Part shown: piece by piece, positions 10,923-21,655 of the stretch
Position numbering within the stretch: the stretch's first letter is position 1
Layout: each line of letters begins with the position of its first letter
Assembly (NCBI GenBank): GCA_040285745.1
Contig: JAUFOR010000001.1
Span: 930,001-994,000 of the forward strand
Length of the DNA: 64,000 nt
Origin: Barthelona sp. PCE
Taxonomy: Eukaryota
Direction: 5' to 3'
Notes under the pieces: model-generated
The model's input: only the letters and a program-made list of their open reading frames with translations
Told to the model about the DNA's origin: nothing
Databases searched by the model: none
Position numbers and translations under genes: made by a program

Positions 10923-11353
10923 TTCGGGTAGATGTGAAAAGGGGATAAAATATTGAAAACTCTTGATTGAACAAGTTTTTGAGTTCCTGTTGGCTGGCGG
11001 GAGCGTTAATTCTTTTTGTTGTGGAACCTTCATGTCACTAAACTTCTTGTTTGATGGTACAGGCTACGAAAATTCAGAGTTATCGTATTTAGTAGTATAT
11101 TGGTTATTATTGTCTCCATGTGGATAGTGATTATGTTAAATCCAATTTAAAGAATGCAATTGTTTTCCATGAGAAGATGAAGTAGGTATCGTTTTTGATG
11201 TCGTCGTACAACGACTCAATTGTACTCTTGGAAAAGTAACTCCACGAACCGATCAATTACAGGCATTGTCGCATTAAGAAGCACATCGAATCTACAAGTG
11301 TGAGCTTTTTGTTGTTCCACAAAATTTCACTTATTTCGCACATCGGAATCACC

Positions 11354-12178
11354 ATGGCGGAGCACAATATACTCACAAAAATCGAGGGACACGTAATCCA
11401 GGACATCTGGATGGACAACGTAGAGTTTGCAATGAAAGAAATCTGTTTTCGCGTACAGCAATACCCTTACATTGGAATTGATACAGAATTCCCGGGTTTG
11501 GTGTATCCCAAGGCAGCAGATTTAGCAAAATACAAAGACCAGCAACTTTCACCTTATGCTCGACTTCGTATGAACGTAGATAGAACTAGGATCATCCAGC
11601 TGGGCCTTACGCTTTCAGACGAGCACGGTAACCTCCCCCACACACCCCCACACACATGGCAGATCAATTTCGTGTTTAACATTGAAAAGGAAGAGATTAA
11701 GGAAGATGCGCACGCTTTGCTCATTGAGGCAGGTATTGATTTTTCACGCCACGCTACCCACGGTGTCGATCACAAGTTTTTTGGATACCTGCTGAATGCA
11801 AGCAATTTATTATACAACAGAAGTATTAAATGGGTTAGTTTCCACAGCGGTTTTGACTTTGGATACCTCCTGAAGGTTGCAACTAACTCTAAAATGCCCA
11901 GAAATCAGGAGTCTTTTTTGGTGAAGTTGCGTACGCTGTTTAATGATATATATGATATCAAGCATCTCATGAGCAGTACAAAGCTGTACCACAGAGGCCT
12001 ACAACACGTGGCGGATTCCATTAACATCAAAAGAGTAGGTGAGGCACATCTCGCCGGTTCTGATAGTATGGTGACGCTAGCTGTGTTTCTACGCATGATG
12101 CAGCCCAATATAGTTGAAGAATACTCCGTTCTAGAGAACCTGCTAGATCCCGATGATAATTCAGGTCCTTTCTTGTAA
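11354..12178 (+). CDS. CAF1: CCR4-associated factor 1 deadenylase (DEDD)
   Basis: IDTEFPG, IIQLGLTLSDEHG, WVSFHSGFDFGY, HLAGSDS motifs. Confidence 0.95.
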   Translation: MAEHNILTKIEGHVIQDIWMDNVEFAMKEICFRVQQYPYIGIDTEFPGLVYPKAADLAKYKDQQLSPYARLRMNVDRTRIIQLGLTLSDEHGNLPHTPPHTWQINFVFNIEKEEIKEDAHALLIEAGIDFSRHATHGVDHKFFGYLLNASNLLYNRSIKWVSFHSGFDFGYLLKVATNSKMPRNQESFLVKLRTLFNDIYDIKHLMSSTKLYHRGLQHVADSINIKRVGEAHLAGSDSMVTLAVFLRMMQPNIVEEYSVLENLLDPDDNSGPFL

Positions 12179-12226
12179 AAGTAAGATTTTTTTTTGTTTT
12201 TAAAAACAATTAAAAATGATTGTTTA

Positions 12227-13369
12227 TTATCCGTCACGCTTAACGAAGAAAGGCATATCACGGTTGTTAGTAACAGTTGTGTAAAGAGCCTTTCTGTTGC
12301 GGTACTTCTCACGCAACCGCTCAATCTGCCTTGAACCAGTCTCAGGGTCATGACCAGCCTCATAGTAGTACCGCACGATGGCGCTAGTGACCTGTGTGGG
12401 ATCGTATTTAAACTCCATTCTCTGACGCTCACGTGCTCGATGAACCAATTCTGTCTCCTCCACTTGCCTCACACCAATGGATGGCTTTGTGAACTGGTTC
12501 CTTCGCGTGATAACTGTACCGTCTGTAAGGTGAATTTCATCGCGATCAACGTATTTAATTTTTTCACCAAAGTTCGATTCCTCCTCCTCGTAAAACTCAG
12601 AGATAACGTCCATATCCTCACCTTCAAGGTCAAACATGCAATGGTGGCAGTCTCTCATATGGTGGCGCACGCTCTCGAGATCGTGATAGTTTCTGTGGCA
12701 GTGCAAACAGGTTGTCTCATAAACAACTTTATCTACAACGAATTGCAGTACAGAACCGAGGTCCAGACACCTCTCCAGTGCAGGAACGTAGAAGGAGTGC
12801 GCAGAGTGCATATGAGCGAGGTTTGCCTCAAAGTTCTCACTTGTGTGAGTGCAGAAGATGCAATCGCAATCAGTCAGTTCTGGTGGAACATATTCTTTAA
12901 CTTTCTCAATGACTTCAACCTCCTCAGTGTATTCCTCGCCGAAACCGTCGGCCTCAGCATCGGCACGGATTGAAGCAAGGGCTTCCTCCGCTGTAATGTT
13001 ATCTTTCTGCATACGATCGCGGATCTCCATCTGGAGCTCTTGTTTCTTGAATTCAGCAACGCGTGTGAGGTGCTTGCGGGACTGGCAGTGCTGTGTATAG
13101 GCGTTTTTGGATGAGAAAGTCTTACGACAGTAGTTGCACTGGTAGATGATCCTTTGAGTTTTGGTAGACTTCTCCTCAACTGCTTCGCTCTTCATACGCT
13201 GGAAACGCTCCTCTGTGATGGGTGGCTGACCCTGGGTAGCGAGATTGAGATTGTGCTGGTGAATTTCACTTTTGTAGTGCTGATGTTGGCTCTCCAAAGA
13301 GTTCAGAAACATATGGCACGTCGAACACGTGTATCTCCCCGATCTGCCTTCCCTTGCAGCTTTTGGCAT
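12227..13369 (-). CDS. REI1: Cytoplasmic 60S biogenesis zinc-finger protein REI1/ZNF622
   Basis: C2H2 fingers YTCSTC...HYKSEIHQHNL, CNYCRKTFSS...H..SRKH, CIFC...NLAHMHSAHSFYVP, CLHC...VRHHMRDCHHC. Confidence 0.9.
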   Translation of the reverse strand: MPKAAREGRSGRYTCSTCHMFLNSLESQHQHYKSEIHQHNLNLATQGQPPITEERFQRMKSEAVEEKSTKTQRIIYQCNYCRKTFSSKNAYTQHCQSRKHLTRVAEFKKQELQMEIRDRMQKDNITAEEALASIRADAEADGFGEEYTEEVEVIEKVKEYVPPELTDCDCIFCTHTSENFEANLAHMHSAHSFYVPALERCLDLGSVLQFVVDKVVYETTCLHCHRNYHDLESVRHHMRDCHHCMFDLEGEDMDVISEFYEEEESNFGEKIKYVDRDEIHLTDGTVITRRNQFTKPSIGVRQVEETELVHRARERQRMEFKYDPTQVTSAIVRYYYEAGHDPETGSRQIERLREKYRNRKALYTTVTNNRDMPFFVKRDG

Positions 13370-13544
13370 GTTATGAAAGTGGTATAATAAAGGAAAAGGT
13401 TTATAGCAACACTTTTTACTCTCGTCGTCCCAAGGGTGGCACGATGGTTCCTTCGGAACCACGTGTGAGAAGTTCACAGATTGATATAATGTGTGAATAT
13501 TGGAGTTTGAAGTGGTATTTGTATTAACGATTTTATGCCGTATC

Positions 13545-15413
13545 ATGAACACATCTATCGTTAGTGAGGTTTTCCACGGTCGGTGCAGGGATCTAGGGCT
13601 TGAAGCAGATGACGAAAGTGATTTTGAAACTTTCAGCGCAACGTTTAAGAAGGCTAACCAAGAACCAGGTGTTGCCGCTCTACGACTGATGCGCCTGGGA
13701 TCCAACGCAGCAATCGCGTTGGCCAAGGGGCTTAAGCGCTGTGATATTCGTTACCTCGATTTGTTTGGTAATTTCATCCACGATCTGGGCACAATGGCAG
13801 TCCTTCAGCTGCTGTCATCCAACCCCTCGATTGAATATCTTGACATTGGCTGCAATGACATCAGGAGTGAAGGCTGTATTGCTCTTTCTCAGGAGCTCCA
13901 TAAGACAAATATCAAGACGTTGTTATTGGGAAGGGGCTCCGCCGGTAAGGTCTCTGATGACCACCGTCTGGTACCCAACCATTTCAACGCAAAGGCTTTC
14001 TCTATGCTCTTTAGGTCTTTGCGGGAGGCACGTATAGTTAATTTGGATTTGAGTTACCTCTCGTTGGGGTCGAACTCCGTGTCTGTCCGCAACTGCGCCG
14101 TATACCTGGGTTCTGCACGCTCCCTGGAGCACCTTAACTTGGCGTATAACCACTTCAAGACCAGCGACTTTGAAGTTTTGTTGCGAGGACTGACTGCTTG
14201 CAGCAATCTCAAATCTCTCAATCTTTCGGATACTAACCTGACCTGGAAGGGTGCGACGATGCTTGGAAACGTGTTACAGAACACAGCTGAGCTCGAGACG
14301 CTGAAGTTGGTGAAGAACACTCTGGGAGATAACGGGCTCGTCATCATAGCGCCTGTCATCGAGCAAACTAACATCAAGGAGCTGTATCTAAGCAGCGTGG
14401 ACTGCTCGTCGTTTGCGATAAGTCGTTTAACGTTGCCACCAACAATCGAAAAGCTGTGTCTGAAGAACAACAGAATAGATTTGGACGGCATTGTCGGCCT
14501 CATCAACTCTTTGAGCGGAAGTAAGATCAAATATTTGAATTTGAGCGGGAATAACCTGAGTCACATAGACGGACAGATTTTCTTGGATCTGCTCAACTCG
14601 ACGTCGCTTGAGGTGTTGGTGCTCGATAATTGTCATCTCACAGACGAGAGCATTGCGCCGATCTTTCAGCACTTGAATCCGTCACTGACACACATTTATT
14701 TAAGGAAGAACTTTTTGTATGGGGATAGTGTTCTTGATGCGATGGAGAAACAGTTTTCGGCTTCTATACAACTGCTAGAGGTTGTTAATCTGACCGGAAA
14801 CCAACTAAACCATGCCGTTAGCTCACGCATTCAGAAGCTATTGTCGAGAAATACAACGAGAAAGAGGCAGGAGAAGAAGAGAGTCTTGCATCACCAGAGG
14901 TCAATCCTTGAGTTCCAGGCGTCAAAAATCCCCGGCCTTGAGAAGGAGAAGGGATACCACGAGAGCAAACTTGCTGAGCACGAGGTAACGCTGGAGAAAA
15001 AGAGAAAGGAACTTGATGCGACGAGTGCGAACAACAGGTCGATTTTGAATCAGCTGACGAAAGAGTTGAAGAAGGCCATCAGCGAGAAGGAGACCACGGT
15101 TGATGCGATCATTTCTGTTAAGGATGATGTTCTGAATTTCAAGCAGAAGAGCACAATTGAGTTGGCCGCCCTGGAGAAAGAGCTGGAGGAGGAGACAAAG
15201 CAGATGAACGAGGCACAGGAAGAGCTCAACGCAGTCAACGAGGTCATGGCAGGAAGTGGACCCAACATTAGTGATAGGAGGAAAGCTCTTAAGGCACGTC
15301 TAGCTGAATTACAGAAGGAGAATCAGGATATGAGGAAGCAAATTAACGATTCCAGGTCAATGCCGAACTCTGCACGAGATACAATGAGTCCACACACTCG
15401 TTTTGATCGGTAG
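13545..15413 (+). CDS. RNI-like leucine-rich repeat protein with C-terminal coiled coil
   Basis: Repeated LxxLxLxxNxI units (LDLFGNFI, LDIGCNDI, LNLAYNHF, LNLSGNNL); heptad-rich C-terminus. Confidence 0.8.
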   Translation: MNTSIVSEVFHGRCRDLGLEADDESDFETFSATFKKANQEPGVAALRLMRLGSNAAIALAKGLKRCDIRYLDLFGNFIHDLGTMAVLQLLSSNPSIEYLDIGCNDIRSEGCIALSQELHKTNIKTLLLGRGSAGKVSDDHRLVPNHFNAKAFSMLFRSLREARIVNLDLSYLSLGSNSVSVRNCAVYLGSARSLEHLNLAYNHFKTSDFEVLLRGLTACSNLKSLNLSDTNLTWKGATMLGNVLQNTAELETLKLVKNTLGDNGLVIIAPVIEQTNIKELYLSSVDCSSFAISRLTLPPTIEKLCLKNNRIDLDGIVGLINSLSGSKIKYLNLSGNNLSHIDGQIFLDLLNSTSLEVLVLDNCHLTDESIAPIFQHLNPSLTHIYLRKNFLYGDSVLDAMEKQFSASIQLLEVVNLTGNQLNHAVSSRIQKLLSRNTTRKRQEKKRVLHHQRSILEFQASKIPGLEKEKGYHESKLAEHEVTLEKKRKELDATSANNRSILNQLTKELKKAISEKETTVDAIISVKDDVLNFKQKSTIELAALEKELEEETKQMNEAQEELNAVNEVMAGSGPNISDRRKALKARLAELQKENQDMRKQINDSRSMPNSARDTMSPHTRFDR

Positions 15414-15438
15414 ATGTAAAAATGTAACTTTTTAGATT

Positions 15439-16986
15439 TTACTGAAGCACATCCTGAGTGTGTAACTTTCTGGCACGTTTGGGACCCCAGTGAGACGTGG
15501 GGTTCGGCGGGAACAGCGCTTTCCGCCTCTTCTTGTCTTGGATGGCCTGAGGGTGCTTGCTGAAATCAAACTTATCGAAAATATGCCTTGTGTTCTCGCG
15601 AATGGTGGAAATGAGTCCCTCATCGCGTGGGGGTTTTCCGTTACGCTCCTGATCCTCATCGGAAAGCTTCACAAGCATACCCCACATGAACTCAGGCTCA
15701 GCATCCGTCTTGATACCGTTGGGTTCGTGGTGGAAGCGCGCCACACGGTACTTGTTGTTGTACAGGGCGCTCGTCAGCTTCAGCATGCTCGGCTGAGACA
15801 TACGTATTATGCTCGTCATTTCACCAATGGGGTAGAATAGAGGACGCGGTACCCGTATTTCTCCAAACATGAGCTCTGTCAAAGCCTTGATTCTGTCCTT
15901 GAAGCAGATATGGGGCTTGTACTCTGCTTCTCTTGCTGCCTTCTCAGTCAGGGCTTCGATTTTGTCGGCATCCTCGGCCTCAATGAGTACAGAACGACCC
16001 ATGGGTGCATCAACCGCAATGTGATCGATTACGTAGTCCATTTTCATCAGGAAATTGGCATCTGCAATTGGACCATTCCAAATTGGGCCACCGATTTTCA
16101 TCGGGCTCTCACACAACGGACACTTGTGTGCCGGAACCCGGTTGTTGTTTAGCTTTGTCTCCGACACTTGCTTGAGGACGGGGACGAATTGGGGTGTCTT
16201 GCACTGGACACACTGGAAGATGTAACTGTTCCTAAGCCCACTGCTCTTTGCTTCCTCTGGGTTTTCAAAGACACGGACCACACACCTTATATAGTAGTCA
16301 ATGGACATGCAGAAGAGGGGCTGGATGATACGCTTGTACTTGGCAGCAGTTCTTGAAAGATGGCCAAGAAGCATCCGAAGAGAAACTTCATGTCTGGTGC
16401 CTGTATGTGTCGGTACAGCCTGGTAGCGGGTGTAGCACGTCTCAGGACCGGTCGAGTTCATGATTGACATGTCAGTTGAGGTGATCATGAGGAGACCACC
16501 AGGCTTAATGGTGGAGATTGCGAGATCCGAAAAAATACAGCACGAACCGTATGGATCGATATCAATAACGTCATACAGACGGTTTTCCTCGACTGCACGG
16601 ATCATAGTGATACGTACATCATTCAAGCAAGGAGTAAAAACGTCGCCCAAGTTGTTGAGCTTCTTGAGGTGCTCAATAGACTTGAATGCCTCAGACTCAA
16701 TGTCGTTGACAACAATCTCCTCGATACCATCGATCTCTTTGGCAAACCTTACGCTACGAAGACCTGTGGCAGATAAACCTTCTAAGACGCGTACACCTGG
16801 AATCTCGGCGGCTGGAAGGCGCTTTGGGTCGGACTCGTATTCAGAGCGCAACAGACGGACGTATGCGTTGAGTGCTACGACTGAAACATCTCTGTTTACC
16901 TGCATTGCCGGGTTGTAGAATACAGACTGCAAGGCGGACTGAATGCTGACAGCTGCGCCCTCTTCAATGACTGCTTGTCGTTCCAT
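15439..16986 (-). CDS. TRM1: tRNA (guanine26-N2)-dimethyltransferase
   Basis: VFYNPAMQVNRDVS, LEGLSATGLRSVRF, IDIDPYGS, GGPIWNGPI, NPTSHWGPK motifs. Confidence 0.95.
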   Translation of the reverse strand: MERQAVIEEGAAVSIQSALQSVFYNPAMQVNRDVSVVALNAYVRLLRSEYESDPKRLPAAEIPGVRVLEGLSATGLRSVRFAKEIDGIEEIVVNDIESEAFKSIEHLKKLNNLGDVFTPCLNDVRITMIRAVEENRLYDVIDIDPYGSCCIFSDLAISTIKPGGLLMITSTDMSIMNSTGPETCYTRYQAVPTHTGTRHEVSLRMLLGHLSRTAAKYKRIIQPLFCMSIDYYIRCVVRVFENPEEAKSSGLRNSYIFQCVQCKTPQFVPVLKQVSETKLNNNRVPAHKCPLCESPMKIGGPIWNGPIADANFLMKMDYVIDHIAVDAPMGRSVLIEAEDADKIEALTEKAAREAEYKPHICFKDRIKALTELMFGEIRVPRPLFYPIGEMTSIIRMSQPSMLKLTSALYNNKYRVARFHHEPNGIKTDAEPEFMWGMLVKLSDEDQERNGKPPRDEGLISTIRENTRHIFDKFDFSKHPQAIQDKKRRKALFPPNPTSHWGPKRARKLHTQDVLQ

Positions 16987-17306
16987 TGGTTTGAAAGGGA
17001 TAATGAAATGGATATGTTGCATATTTTTTGTTATATGCCTTTTACCTCGGTATCTATGTTAATAAAATCTACATAAATCTCGAGCCACACAATACTAGGG
17101 CTCTTTAAAACATAAATGAGAAGAATAAAAACAGGGGAAACTCTAAGCCAATTTTCATGCAAAGCACTGGCGATATGGCCATACAACTGCAAGTTATAAC
17201 ACATTTGGAGAAGCAATACATCGTGTCATAAATGACGAATTTAGTTGCTGATTCTTGTCTCGTTTTTTGTTTTTTACCTTATTTCTTCCTTAACACAAGC
17301 ATTCAT

Positions 17307-18692
17307 ATGTCTGACGGAAGATTTCGTGAGAAGGGACAGCAGCTTGGTCAACAAGCCAAGGTGCAGGATGATGCTGAGAATTTTGAGGAAGCTTTGAATC
17401 TGTACACACAGAGTATCCAGTATTTCATGACTGATTTAAAATGTATGGTTGCAAAATTACACGTTAACAGCGTGTTAATGCGAAGAAATATTTTCTAACT
17501 CCTAGATGAAAAGACTGATCGTATGAAGGAAGCTATCCGTGGTATCATTGCCCGGTTCCTCGATCGTGCAGAGCAGATTAAGCAAATGCTAGCGAAACCG
17601 AAGAAAGTACCTGCATCAGGTCCTAAACGCCCCAAACAAGGCAATTCAAACCAGAAATCGGAAGAAGGTGAGGAAGGAGAAGGCGGAGAGGATGATGTCG
17701 ATGAAGACACAGCCAAGCTGAGGGAGATGATTGGACAAGCTATCGTTCGTGACAAGCCTAATGTTCGTTGGAAGGATATCGCCGGTCTTGAGACCGCCAA
17801 GAACTCCCTACAAGAGGCTGTTATCGTTCCCATTCGATTCCCCCATCTTTTCGTTGGTAAGCGTGAACCCTGGCGTGGTATTTTGTTGTACGGTCCCCCT
17901 GGTACCGGTAAGTCGTACATTGCCAAGGCAGTAGCAACAGAGGCAGACGCCACATTTTTTTCAGTAACTGCTTCGGACCTTGTTTCCAAGTGGCAGGGTG
18001 AATCAGAGAAGCTTGTCAAGGCGCTCTTCACATTGGCCGGAAAGGAGGCCCCATCGATCATATTTATTGATGAGATCGATGCACTTTGTTCTACCCGTTC
18101 GGAGAACGAGAGCGAGTCTTCTCGTCGTATTAAGAACGAGTTCCTTGTCCGTATGCAAGGTCTCGGATCAGCCGAGGGCGTGCTCGTACTGGGTGCCACC
18201 AACCTCCCGTGGATGATTGATTCAGCCGTTAGGAGACGTTTCGACCAGAGAATTTATATTACGCTCCCAGATGTCAACGCTCGTGCTGCGATGTTTAAGA
18301 TTCATCTTGGTGAAACCCCCAACGACCTCAGCGACGCTGACTTTATGCACATGGCCACCGAGACCGAAGGGTACTCTGGTTCGGATATTAACTTGATTGT
18401 TAGAACCGCTCTCATGGAGCCTATCCGTCGTTGTCGTCAGGCCACACACTGGAAGGTTGTCCGCGGAAAGAACCCCGACGGAGAGATGCAGGACGGTATG
18501 CTCACCCCTTGCTCTCCAAGCGATCCAGCAGCGCAGGAGATGACGATGATGGATATTGAAGGCAATCGTCTTCTGGCACCTCTGATCTCTCGCCAGGACT
18601 TTATGAAGGCACTTGCCAAGGTACCTAAATCCGTTGGAAATGAGGATATGACTAAGCACTTGGAATTCACTCGCGAATTCGGTATGACTTAG
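17307..18692 (+). CDS. VPS4: AAA ATPase VPS4 (exons 17307-17442, 17506-18692; intron 17443-17505)
   Basis: MIT domain joined in frame (DLK|YEKTDRMKEAIR) by GTATGG...CTAACTCCTAG intron; GPPGTGKS, IIFIDEID, beta-domain TPCSPSDP, C-terminal FTREFG. Confidence 0.95.
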
Positions 18693-18795
18693 TTTTCCTT
18701 TGTTTTATATGTAAATATGACTGTTTTATTCATCAATGCTTTTATGTTACAGAAAAATTGATTCAAAAACGCTAACTGTTTTTTTATCTCTTACA

Positions 18796-20394
18796 ATGTC
18801 GGTACCAGTACCGGCGGTTGTCACTAGCGTATCTTCGCCTCCCCGACAACGGGCACACACATTAAATTTAACGAGTAATCACAGTTTTTCGGATGGAAAA
18901 CTTCAATCTGCCATTTCTAGGCAGCGGGAAAGAATTTCTGCAAAATACAAGGAGCGCTTCGAGGTATCACGGAGGGAAAAGGAGCTTTTAAATGATTTAA
19001 AGAATGTTGAGTTGGTTAAATCAAGTTGTATTCCCACTGAACCTGTAGTGTCACCATCACAGCGATCAGTGAAGCGATACGATTCAGGTCACGAGGATCT
19101 TGATGTGTGTGACGATTATTTACTTGAGCGACTTGCCGAAGTACGGCAACGCGCTGCAAATGTACTTACTCACCAGGCTCAACATCGCTCCGACAAGATA
19201 GAGGATATAGAGCAGCGATCACCGCTCAAAAACAGGAGGAAAGAGTCGGGGATTGCACTGACAAAATTGCAGGAACATAAACTGGCAATGCTTGAGAAAG
19301 AGCGAGAAAGGGGTCGTGAACCGTATGAGGATCCAAAAAAAGCCAAGCAACAGCACGTGCGCGAGACTTTGAAGGAAATTGGTGTGACAAAGATGGGGCT
19401 GGAGACCTTGAACACATTAGAAAGACAGCGGTTTTCGAGAAGCGCAATGAGGGAGTACCATTATCGTTCGATGCAGCAGAGAGACAAGCCAGAGATGATC
19501 GTTGCAGCTTCTGAAAGATTGGACAGCGTCCAGGAAGCTGATGAGGATATGGTTGCAGCCCATGCAGACTTTTTGGGATCACTGAGATCACAGGATAGGG
19601 GATTAGAGTTTCTGAAGAACAATGACAAGCGCAGAAGTATCATGAAGATAGCAAAAATGTTTCAGTCAAAGATCGGTGATGTGAACAAGGTTAAAAAGGT
19701 GAGAAAAAAGTTGAAAAAATGGAAAAACGTAAGCAACATGGGTCAGATACAGGCAAGATACCGGCGGCACGCGCATCTTGAGGATATTCAGGTGAAACCT
19801 GTTTATCAATCAGAAGAAGAAAAGAAAAAGGTTATTTCACCAAAGAAATTTAAAATAATTGATGGGAACGACATTAAAGTTGATGAGGAGGATCGTAGTT
19901 TGTGGAAGGAAGCAATTAGAGACATGAATAGAGATGATTTGCTTAGAAGATCCATATACACAGTTATTGAAGAGCTGAAGTACAAGGTGTGCGAGAAGCT
20001 CCAGGACGAGGCTCTTGCGGAGGAAGATGAGCGTTTGCAAAAATACTATTTCGAAATCGAAACCCAACAGAGATCTGTTAAAGAAGAACTTGCGAGAAAA
20101 AAGCAGAAGGAGTTCGAGGAACGCCAGGAGAAAAAGAGACGCAGAGAAGCTATGCTTATGAAAGAGGCTGACTTTTTTAGACGGAAGGAAATTGAAGCTG
20201 AAGATTCAGCTCGAAAGACTGAGAACCTTCTGATGCCAATGTATGACCCACACAAGTTCCATACATACACAAACGAGATGCTAATGAGTACTGGTGTATC
20301 CGAGTTTGTGGAGAAATCTGCAACGATGGACAAGGTTATTTGGGACAAGGATTTTGTGGCCATGATTAAGGATGAGTTCCTTTCGTTTATGTAA
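18796..20394 (+). CDS. Hypothetical charged coiled-coil protein
   Basis: Long E/K/R-rich ORF; no family motif recognised. Confidence 0.7.
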   Translation: MSVPVPAVVTSVSSPPRQRAHTLNLTSNHSFSDGKLQSAISRQRERISAKYKERFEVSRREKELLNDLKNVELVKSSCIPTEPVVSPSQRSVKRYDSGHEDLDVCDDYLLERLAEVRQRAANVLTHQAQHRSDKIEDIEQRSPLKNRRKESGIALTKLQEHKLAMLEKERERGREPYEDPKKAKQQHVRETLKEIGVTKMGLETLNTLERQRFSRSAMREYHYRSMQQRDKPEMIVAASERLDSVQEADEDMVAAHADFLGSLRSQDRGLEFLKNNDKRRSIMKIAKMFQSKIGDVNKVKKVRKKLKKWKNVSNMGQIQARYRRHAHLEDIQVKPVYQSEEEKKKVISPKKFKIIDGNDIKVDEEDRSLWKEAIRDMNRDDLLRRSIYTVIEELKYKVCEKLQDEALAEEDERLQKYYFEIETQQRSVKEELARKKQKEFEERQEKKRRREAMLMKEADFFRRKEIEAEDSARKTENLLMPMYDPHKFHTYTNEMLMSTGVSEFVEKSATMDKVIWDKDFVAMIKDEFLSFM

Positions 20395-20452
20395 ATAGAT
20401 CTGATTATGAATTGATTGTTGTTTTTCTTTCTCTAACCATTTCAGTTTTTGC

Positions 20453-21637
20453 ATGAGTCAAAGAAAGGAGCGTAAGTGTCTTAATTGCAACGAGCGGCCG
20501 CTGTGGTATATTTATTAAAGCATGACGTAACTGAGTGTATAGATTTACACAGAATTATTAGGATCCTTCTCATTATAAGTAACTTTTTGCTTTAATTGAG
20601 AGATCCCTGTATCTTAAATAACTGTACATTGTTTTTTTACATTGAAAATTACTATGAATAGGTTTTTTTCAACAAAACTTGGTGTAACATGCGTATTGTA
20701 ACTAAAAGTAACATTTAGCCCAGAGGCAAAGGCAGAGCCATTGTGCTTAGACTGCTTAAAGCGCCTAAATAGACATACATGTGATTTTTGCAAGATTGAT
20801 CACCATCTTATGGAACGTGATGAGAATGCAGAGAATAAGTTATGTTTTGACTGCCGCAGATACTTCAAGAGATATCAAGAAGAGCCAACATTCTGCTCAT
20901 ATTGTGCTCACAAAGCATGTTTTGGTGGAAAAAGCATATGCTACCGTTGTGAGAAACAGGAGGTCAAATACGGCTCTCCAAGTGCGTGTGAGGATTGTGG
21001 GAAGCTCAGTGCATTCAGCAGCCCAAGCATATTGTCAAAATCAGAAGGAAGAACGATCTGCTTCTGGTGCTTAAGAGAATTTCTTACGCAGAAGCGTCGT
21101 GAAAAGTCAATGTCAAGGAAGAGAACGGCCAAGCAGACTGACCTTATCTCTAAATTACAGAGAGCCAGTTGTCAGAATTGCCGTCAGTCAAGTTATATTA
21201 TAGATAACCTCAAGAAGCAATTGAAGGAGCAAGAGAAGACCAGCAAAATGGAGCTTTTACAGCTGGAAAGCACAATCAATGCACTGCAGAGCAACAGAAA
21301 GGATGCAACAGTCGACGTCATTACGGAATACGAAGAGAAGATGATGAAGTTGAAGGAAGAATTTGAGAAAGAACGCGTGGTATTGCAGGAAGCTGCAGGC
21401 CGTGCCGATGATCTCAGGAGTAGGCTACAAGACTATGAACAGAAGGTTGCAGAGGCTCGTGGTGAGCGATTAGGACTTGAAAATGAAAAAAAACGTTTAT
21501 TTGAACAGTTGCAGGATGTTAAGAAGCAGTTGAGTGACGTTCAGACGAAAAACGCAGATTTCGACATGCCAGTCAGCACTAAGGCCCCAATTGTAGATGT
21601 AGAGAGTGATGATGATGATGACTTGAAGTGGATGTAG
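20453..21637 (+). CDS. FAM76-like Cys-rich protein (exons 20453-20505, 20719-21637)
   Basis: CxxC series 'CSYCAHKACF...CYRCEKQEVKYGSPSACEDCGKLSAF...EGRTICFWC' resembles FAM76; GTATAT...GTAACATTTAG intron links an upstream CLNC exon in frame. Confidence 0.75.
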
Positions 21638-21655
21638 TCAACAGTAAAGCAAGTA

